NCBI GenBank assembly: GCA_951406725.2
Contig: OX597839.1
Coordinates: 21,824,001-21,888,000 of the forward strand
Reading direction: 5' to 3'
DNA from: Octopus vulgaris
Taxonomy: Eukaryota
DNA: 64,000 bases
Position 1 is the first letter of the stretch. Every line of letters begins with the position of its first letter. This document shows positions 61,101 to 64,000 of this stretch, piece by piece. The translations under genes were made by a program, and so were the position numbers. Under the pieces are notes generated by a model. That model saw only the letters and a list, made by a program, of their open reading frames with translations. It had not been told where the DNA came from and ran no database searches.

Positions 61101-63793
61101 ATCAAAGCCCCACCCGCGCCAGCGTCGTTACCCACCCTCTCTATGATGTAGCGCATGAGATGGAGGTTGTCATGTATTGACCTGGTCGGCGCGGCGCATG
61201 TCTGCGTCTTGCCGACCAGCTTGTCCACGACATGCGCCAATCTCTTGGCTAGCACCTTCGCCAAAATCTTCAGCTCTGCAGAGTGAAGGGCCGAAAATTC
61301 CCTATAACGTCCCCCTTGTTTGGGTCCTTTTTCAGCAAAGCCACCACCCCTTGACAGACAAAAGCAGGAATTCTCCCGTTTTGCTGCCAGTTGCAGTAGA
61401 CGTTTGCCAACAGGCCCGCAAACAAGTCTGGCATTGAAACGTAAAGCTCGTAGGGCAGACCATCCAAACCCGGCGATCTACCTCTCGTGCAACTCTTCAT
61501 CGCTTCCTCCACTTCCCAGCTCTAAATCCCGCTCTCTCTTCCTACGTTCAATAGCTAGAGTCTTACTATACCTAATCGACTCTACTCTAATTGTTCTCTT
61601 GAGGGCAAACCACCAGTTGTTGTTGATGATTGCCCCCGTGAGCGCCCGCTTAACTAGTAAACTAATCCGGTCTCTGTAAGCTTTGCACGCCGTTAACGAC
61701 GCGTTCAGCTTCCAGTAGTCGGGTCCCTGTCTATGTAGCCTATCTAAGTCGACCGTACAGATCACTAATTTGTGGTCCGTATAGTCGACTAGGTGGAATT
61801 GTGGACACCCTACGCTGTCCTACAAAACACTCTAAGTACGATCTAGACGACCCGATGCGATTGGTCCAAGTCCACATTGGCACATTCGGGTTGTCTAGTC
61901 GAAACCTGTCGGACAGCTGAAAGCGTCCGAGTAGGTTGGCGAGGCTCTTGCACCCTCCCCCTCTCCTATCAGATGCTCCCCTGCCCATCCGATTGAAACG
62001 TTCGTCTAAGACAGTGTTCCAATCCCCAACTAGCACTAGAGTGCGTGACGTTCCCAGGAAAACTTCCAGACGTTTGAAATAATCCGACTGCCCTGCTCCT
62101 GTCGGAGCCTAGGCAGCCAGCAGTCTGAAAGCACCGCCGTCACTACCGTCCACGTCAAGGACCACCAACTTACCTTCTGGATCCAAGAAGACTGTCCTTA
62201 TTTTCAAGTCCAGGCCCTTCCGAAACAACACCGCAGTACCACCACCGCCCGCTCCCGGCCGACACGGAGATAGAAATATCTCGTATCCGCCGAAAAGGGC
62301 TGCGAGTTCCTGCGGGTCGGAGAGCCTGGTTTCACTGATGGCTGCTACATCCACATCATGAAACCTCAGGTCGTTTAACAGGTGACACTGTTTCCAAGGT
62401 GACCCGAGGCCTCTCACATTCAAGCAACCGATTCTAAAATTTGCCATGTTTCAAAAGTAAGGAGAAAAAAAAGGCTCTACTTACTGTTGTTGGTGGTGGG
62501 GGTGGCTCCCTTGTGCTTTTGCACGGGTGCTTCCACTATATTTTTATACAGTTTCTCAGAGAAACTTTTCCCTAACGATCCCACATCATTAGGGAATATT
62601 TGTTTTATTTCGTTGTATGTTTTTGTGTTTATTTTTATTGTGAGAATGTGTGCTGGTGGTGTGTTATGTCTTGGTATAACAAAATCTGTTATACTTGTAC
62701 TAGTTCTGTCTTTCAAATACTCAACCAGTTCCTGGTTCCTTGTATTTATTGATGTAATTGTGTCTGTGTGTGTTTGTGTGTTTGGCAGTGGCAGTAATGG
62801 TGTCGAAAGTGTTGTTGTTGATGTTTGGAAGCACTATTTGTTCGTGCTTCCCCTGTGTGTCTTTTTGTTTTCTCCTTTTCTTTTTTGGAGGCACCGTGTT
62901 CCACTCTCCTTTGTTGGAATCAGTGCTCGCACAATCCGAGCACTCTTCATCCGGCAAAGGAATAGTTGAGGGGTCTGCTTCAGCAGCAGGACGAAAAGTA
63001 GTTGGTTCCGCCGGTATCGGTGGTGCCGCTGCTCCTGTTGCTGTTGATGGTGCCCGCGTCGGTGAGCTCTCCCCTTCTCTTCTTGCTGCTGTCGACCTTC
63101 TAGGTACTGGTGTTGGTGTTGGTTTGGTGGTTGTTGTTGTTGGAGGTGGTGTCGTTCATCTTGGTGGTGGTGATGGTATTGGTGGTGTGGCAGCCTTTGG
63201 TGTTTCGTGCTGTTGTTGTTGTTTCTGTTGTTGTTGCTGCCTCTTGCTGTATGCCTCCATTCTTCTTTTTTGAATGGGGCTCCCTCTTTAAGTGGCTTTC
63301 GCCGCTGCAGAGGAAACATTTTGGCTTTCGCCCCTCTACAGCAACGTTTAGCCTGGTGCCGTCCGGCAAATTTACGAAATCTGGTATCTTGCTCATATTC
63401 TCTTGCTGAATCTGAGCAAGAAGCAGCACTCCCATCCCTAACCAGTTTTTCTCCCTGACTCTCCTGACATCCAGAATGGTGGTAGTGTCCTCTATGTCAT
63501 AGAGGACAGCTGCCACCAGCCATGACATATCGAGTTCAGGGGGGACGAGAAAATATCTAAAAACTAGGAGGAAATGGTGGGGGAGAGGGGTATTAGACTT
63601 AACAAAAAAGAAAAGAAAAAAAAGAATCTTCTTTGAGAAAGAAACAAAACAGATTGAGAGTACATCTACCTTTGGATATTCCTCCATGTAACGGATATCT
63701 TTGTGTGCTGCATGCCAATTGGAGATTGGTAGATGTGGCTTGCTGGAAGCTCAGCACACTACTCACATTGTGAGGGGTGCTTCCAGGATGCAT
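734..63793 (-). CDS. AHCTF1: Protein ELYS / AHCTF1 (MEL-28) nucleoporin, 31 coding exons in window, about 1316 aa, probably incomplete at the 3' end
   Basis: Exons chain with consistent phases and no internal stop (sum 3947 nt to 738). Peptides match recalled human ELYS blocks: [95 protein letters not shown]. No AT-hook seen in the window. Confidence 0.93.
738..960 (-). CDS. AHCTF1: ELYS exon 31 (DSPGLR...KSLRFAEP...EISAA)
   Basis: Poly-T then tag acceptor; ends at donor GA|gtaatt or reads into TAA at 736-734. Confidence 0.82.
1448..1951 (+). mobile_element. Non-autonomous Helitron (hairpin half deleted)
   Basis: A|TC...CTAG|T; inverted homologue of 47942-48455. Confidence 0.82.
2012..2232. 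mobile_element. piggyBac-type MITE family A (about 220 bp); other copies at about 7720-7939, 26748-26969, 26990-27428, 31066-31288, 38628-38845
   Basis: TTAA flanks and TIR CCCTTT(C/T)GTTAC...GTAACGAAAGGG. Confidence 0.85.
3060..3238 (-). CDS. AHCTF1: ELYS exon 30 (VLQTPVI...PTPQSILKV)
   Basis: tag/gtaagt, LQTP and PQSILK motifs. Confidence 0.9.
3906..4165 (-). mobile_element. CR1-like LINE 3' fragment with (TAAC)n tail
   Basis: Translates [31 protein letters not shown], typical of the CR1 ORF2 end. Confidence 0.75.
4864..5013 (-). CDS. AHCTF1: ELYS exon 29 ([13 protein letters not shown]...EQPARR)
   Basis: tttttcag/gtaggt, open in the required phase 2 to 2; low-conservation region. Confidence 0.72.
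6205..6288 (-). CDS. AHCTF1: ELYS exon 28 ([12 protein letters not shown])
   Basis: CAGCAG tandem acceptor, donor gtatgt, phase 2 to 2. Confidence 0.78.
6500..6833 (+). mobile_element. Retroposon family 3 with (GAT)n tail and variable 5' truncation; also about 3320-3517, 10925-11197 (+) and 17049-17590, 19259-19409, 30681-30824, 41183-41400, 44229-44640, 49668-49924, 56924-57170 (-)
   Basis: Shared core GTTGGCGTTAGGAAGGGCATCCAGC and constant 3' end GGACGTTAAACGATGATG. Confidence 0.82.
7487..7622 (-). CDS. AHCTF1: ELYS exon 27 ([11 protein letters not shown])
   Basis: cag/gtgatt, RPKPLS motif. Confidence 0.9.
8249..8615 (-). mobile_element. Non-autonomous Helitron (mosaic)
   Basis: TC/CTAG ends and hairpin; an empty site of the host repeat is visible at about 2386. 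Confidence 0.85.
10369..10507 (-). CDS. AHCTF1: ELYS exon 26 ([18 protein letters not shown])
   Basis: cag/gtgagg, phase 0 to 1. Confidence 0.88.
11425..11800 (-). mobile_element. Decayed RTE-like LINE 3' fragment
   Basis: YISNQQL...QLRQFGHV resembles the RTE ORF C-terminus; stops present. Confidence 0.5.
11910..12091 (-). CDS. AHCTF1: ELYS exon 25 ([11 protein letters not shown]...[18 protein letters not shown])
   Basis: cag/gtatgt, strong ELYS match. Confidence 0.94.
13181..13488. mobile_element. piggyBac-type MITE family C
   Basis: TTAA-CCCCTTACCC...GGGTAAGGGG-TTAA. Confidence 0.8.
13581..13675 (-). CDS. AHCTF1: ELYS exon 24 ([10 protein letters not shown]...FLGCQQ)
   Basis: cag/gtgagt, phase 2 to 1. 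Confidence 0.9.
15123..15517 (+). mobile_element. tRNA-derived SINE family 1 (about 400 bp, internal (TA)n); plus copies 22102-22510, 42093-42468, 57953-58339; minus copies 19985-20363, 24972-25365, 39852-40242, 43133-43516, 48890-49322
   Basis: A box TGGCTGTGTGG, B box GGTTCAGTCCC, near-identical dispersed copies, LINE-like 3' end. Confidence 0.88.
16264..16445 (-). CDS. AHCTF1: ELYS exon 23 ([13 protein letters not shown]...LALQYL)
   Basis: cag/gtaagt, phase 0 to 2. Confidence 0.92.
17764..17865 (-). CDS. AHCTF1: ELYS exon 22 ([14 protein letters not shown])
   Basis: cag/gtaaat, GFWxLDH motif. Confidence 0.93.
18445..18555 (-). CDS. AHCTF1: ELYS exon 21 (ALLYIYLL...[12 protein letters not shown])
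   Basis: cag/gttcgt, ELYS helical domain. Confidence 0.88.
18995..19215. mobile_element. piggyBac-type MITE family B (about 220 bp); other copies at about 12343, 21003, 27046-27255, 28026, 29028, 33353, 49393
   Basis: TTAA flanks and TIR CCCTTTAG(T/C)...CTAAAGGG; empty site with a single TTAA at 17003-17006. Confidence 0.87.
21891..22011 (-). CDS. AHCTF1: ELYS exon 20 (LLMIDGLI...LYPPPSIS)
   Basis: cag/gtaagt, LMIDGL and YPP motifs. Confidence 0.92.
23345..24779. repeat. Tandem array, 497-bp unit, about 2.9 copies
   Basis: Unit starts at 23347, 23844 and 24341; identical ORFs offset by 497. Confidence 0.95.
25944..26292 (+). mobile_element. Non-autonomous Helitron inserted in a SINE
   Basis: A|TC...GCCCCG-AGCATCGC-CGGGGC..CTAG|T; splits the SINE motif actta|ttctat. 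Confidence 0.8.
26539..26635 (-). CDS. AHCTF1: ELYS exon 19 ([17 protein letters not shown])
   Basis: cag/gtagg, phase 1 to 2. Confidence 0.88.
27434..27760 (+). mobile_element. Older tRNA-head SINE family 4; relatives at about 6835-7130, 9066-9265, 15518-15840 (-) and 47692-47900 (+)
   Basis: tRNA-like head (GCTTAGTGGTTAG..GAGTTCAATTCC) and shared CTCCAGTCCACTCAGCTG core. Confidence 0.65.
29287..29391 (-). CDS. AHCTF1: ELYS exon 18 ([12 protein letters not shown])
   Basis: cag/gtgagt, WF..GLLPE motif. Confidence 0.92.
29723..29863 (-). CDS. AHCTF1: ELYS exon 17 (HFFDWSG...PTTEN)
   Basis: cag/gtaagt, phase 1 to 1. Confidence 0.9.
29975..30232 (+). mobile_element. CR1-group LINE 3' fragment with (GAAAT)n tail
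   Basis: [36 protein letters not shown] parallels the C-terminus of the 51565-53013 LINE. Confidence 0.78.
30373..30462 (-). CDS. AHCTF1: ELYS exon 16 ([13 protein letters not shown])
   Basis: cag/gtaagt, WxWNKV motif. Confidence 0.92.
31613..31833 (+). mobile_element. tRNA-derived SINE family 2 (about 235 bp); also 5408-5640 (+) and minus copies 5771-5996, 9975-10207, 13810-14210, 23335-23560, 28530-28758, 38968-39198, 56481-56712, 63898-64000
   Basis: A/B box head (TGGCAGAA.., GAGTTCAAATTC); central GCCTTTCATCCTTTCGGGGTCGATAAATTAAGTACCAG resembles the Meta-SINE domain as I recall it; 15-18 bp TSDs such as ggtgggggacaaacac. Confidence 0.87.
32804..32894 (-). CDS. AHCTF1: ELYS exon 15 ([10 protein letters not shown]...EWAEG), GC donor
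   Basis: tag acceptor; donor GAG|gcaagt is the one that preserves frame. Confidence 0.85.
33195..33323 (-). CDS. AHCTF1: ELYS exon 14 ([11 protein letters not shown]...FSIV)
   Basis: cag/gtaag, phase 0 to 0. Confidence 0.88.
34207..34268 (-). CDS. AHCTF1: ELYS exon 13 ([11 protein letters not shown]...GMQRQ)
   Basis: cag/gtacc, phase 1 to 0. Confidence 0.87.
34536..34720. repeat. (TA)n/(TC)n microsatellite cluster
   Basis: Direct reading. Confidence 0.95.
34720..35360 (-). mobile_element. Probable Penelope-like element terminal fragment with a decayed hammerhead; related copy at about 42470-42685 (+)
   Basis: GAGC-ATAG-GCTC-GAAACGTA hammerhead-like unit; adjoins (TA)n; no ORF. Confidence 0.5.
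35367..35670. repeat. Near-perfect 300-bp palindrome
   Basis: Arms are reverse complements around the TTG loop at 35519-35521. Confidence 0.96.
35968..36061 (-). CDS. AHCTF1: ELYS exon 12 (NIYINP...[11 protein letters not shown])
   Basis: tag/gtgagt, EQFFxP motif. Confidence 0.9.
36791..37180. repeat. 195-bp tandem duplication, each unit a long inverted repeat
   Basis: Units 36791-36985 and 36986-37180, with arms of about 70 bp. Confidence 0.93.
37733..37820 (-). CDS. AHCTF1: ELYS exon 11 ([13 protein letters not shown])
   Basis: cag/gtaagt, phase 2 to 0. Confidence 0.88.
37845..38382. repeat. A/G-rich low-complexity tract filling one intron
   Basis: About 540 bp dominated by A and G on plus (U/C on the pre-mRNA). 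Confidence 0.9.
38391..38529 (-). CDS. AHCTF1: ELYS exon 10 ([11 protein letters not shown]...[12 protein letters not shown])
   Basis: cag/gtagc, hallmark FDxNRWY. Confidence 0.92.
40564..40717 (-). CDS. AHCTF1: ELYS exon 9 ([13 protein letters not shown]...SHEE)
   Basis: tag/gtaag, phase 0 to 1. Confidence 0.88.
41784..41868 (-). CDS. AHCTF1: ELYS exon 8 ([11 protein letters not shown]...YFYE)
   Basis: cag/gtgagt, phase 2 to 0. Confidence 0.88.
44978..45106 (-). CDS. AHCTF1: ELYS exon 7 ([18 protein letters not shown])
   Basis: cag/gtgagt, hallmark QEPENDP. Confidence 0.93.
46030..47477. repeat. Tandem array, about 207-bp unit, 7 copies
   Basis: aacagctgtcttccatgggtagg recurs every 205-207 bp. 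Confidence 0.96.
47942..48455 (-). mobile_element. Non-autonomous Helitron
   Basis: TC/CTAG ends and hairpin; same family as 1448-1951. Confidence 0.82.
48529..48637 (-). CDS. AHCTF1: ELYS exon 6 (ICVTCLKY...[13 protein letters not shown])
   Basis: cag/gtaagt, WD-like LAVGFS..LW. Confidence 0.9.
50098..50172 (-). CDS. AHCTF1: ELYS exon 5 ([12 protein letters not shown]...FNT)
   Basis: cag/gtgggt, phase 1 to 1; weak homology, and skipping it would keep frame. Confidence 0.7.
50710..50772 (+). ncRNA. Minimal type I hammerhead ribozyme motif (Penelope-associated type)
   Basis: cac-CTGAAGA-[atgactgt...acagccat]-GAAAC-gatc-GTA-gtg. Confidence 0.75.
51565..53013 (-). mobile_element. 5'-truncated CR1-group LINE (RT and C-terminus), frameshifted
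   Basis: [66 protein letters not shown]; flanked by (TA)n on both sides. Confidence 0.93.
53012..56035. repeat. About 3 kb compound (TA)n/(CA) microsatellite
   Basis: Almost only alternating T/A with interspersed CA. Confidence 0.98.
56225..56362 (-). CDS. AHCTF1: ELYS exon 4 (DMCLD...LSMELG)
   Basis: cag/gtaag, phase 1 to 1. Confidence 0.9.
57279..57408 (-). CDS. AHCTF1: ELYS exon 3 (VTSVEC...GHVYLI)
   Basis: cag/gtgagt, phase 0 to 1. Confidence 0.9.
58916..59178 (-). CDS. AHCTF1: ELYS exon 2 ([16 protein letters not shown]...[11 protein letters not shown])
   Basis: cag/gtaag, beta-propeller N-terminal match. Confidence 0.92.
59200..63560 (-). mobile_element. Degenerate L1/Tx1-clade LINE (5'-truncated ORF1 and broken ORF2)
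   Basis: ORF1 remnant with knuckle [20 protein letters not shown]; ORF2 from 62447 with APE (CLNVRGL, ISETRL, GDWN), RT ([28 protein letters not shown]) and C-terminal CPRC..ETVRHAL; several frameshifts and stops; AATAAA at the 3' end. Confidence 0.92.
63670..63793 (-). CDS. AHCTF1: ELYS coding exon 1 ([16 protein letters not shown]...LHGGISK)
   Basis: Acceptor tttcag before 63802, CACCATG start context, donor AAG|gtagat, phase 1 fits the next exon. Confidence 0.8.
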
Positions 63794-64000
63794 GGTGAAT
63801 TTCTGAAATAAACAAAAGAAATAACTGAAAGAAAATCTCATTGAAAATTTCATATATTTCAGTTACTTGTCCAAATCTCACTGAAACTAATAGCTGATAC
63901 CTATTTCTTTATTACCCACAAGGGGCTAAACACAGAGGGGACAAACAAGGACAGACATAGGTATTAAGTCGATTACATCGACTCCAGTGCGTAACTGGTA

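Noticed and set aside
63100-63687. 195-aa ORF joining the ELYS exon 1 region to LINE ORF1
   Set aside because: Starts out of frame with ELYS and runs through intronic poly-T; chance read-through

Overview
AT-rich, repeat-dense animal genomic DNA. The SINE and MITE repertoire looks like Octopus/cephalopod, which is my inference from pattern recognition. The whole window lies inside one minus-strand multi-exon gene, the nucleoporin ELYS/AHCTF1 (MEL-28). I traced 31 phase-consistent coding exons by hand from the ATG at 63793 to about 738 (about 1316 aa), including one GC-AG intron; the gene probably continues past the left edge. The introns hold at least four SINE-like families, TTAA piggyBac-type MITEs, non-autonomous Helitrons, CR1-group, RTE and L1/Tx1 LINE relics, Penelope-like fragments, tandem arrays, fold-back palindromes and a 3-kb TA/CA microsatellite. 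The most interesting non-coding signals are an intact minimal type I hammerhead ribozyme (50710-50772) with two decayed relatives, a SINE/LINE shared 3' stem-loop with compensatory changes, several near-perfect hairpins inside the pre-mRNA, and a sense-oriented L1/Tx1 element ending about 20 nt from a splice acceptor. I found no convincing new multi-gene system. Coordinates were counted by hand, and repeat edges may be off by a few bases.
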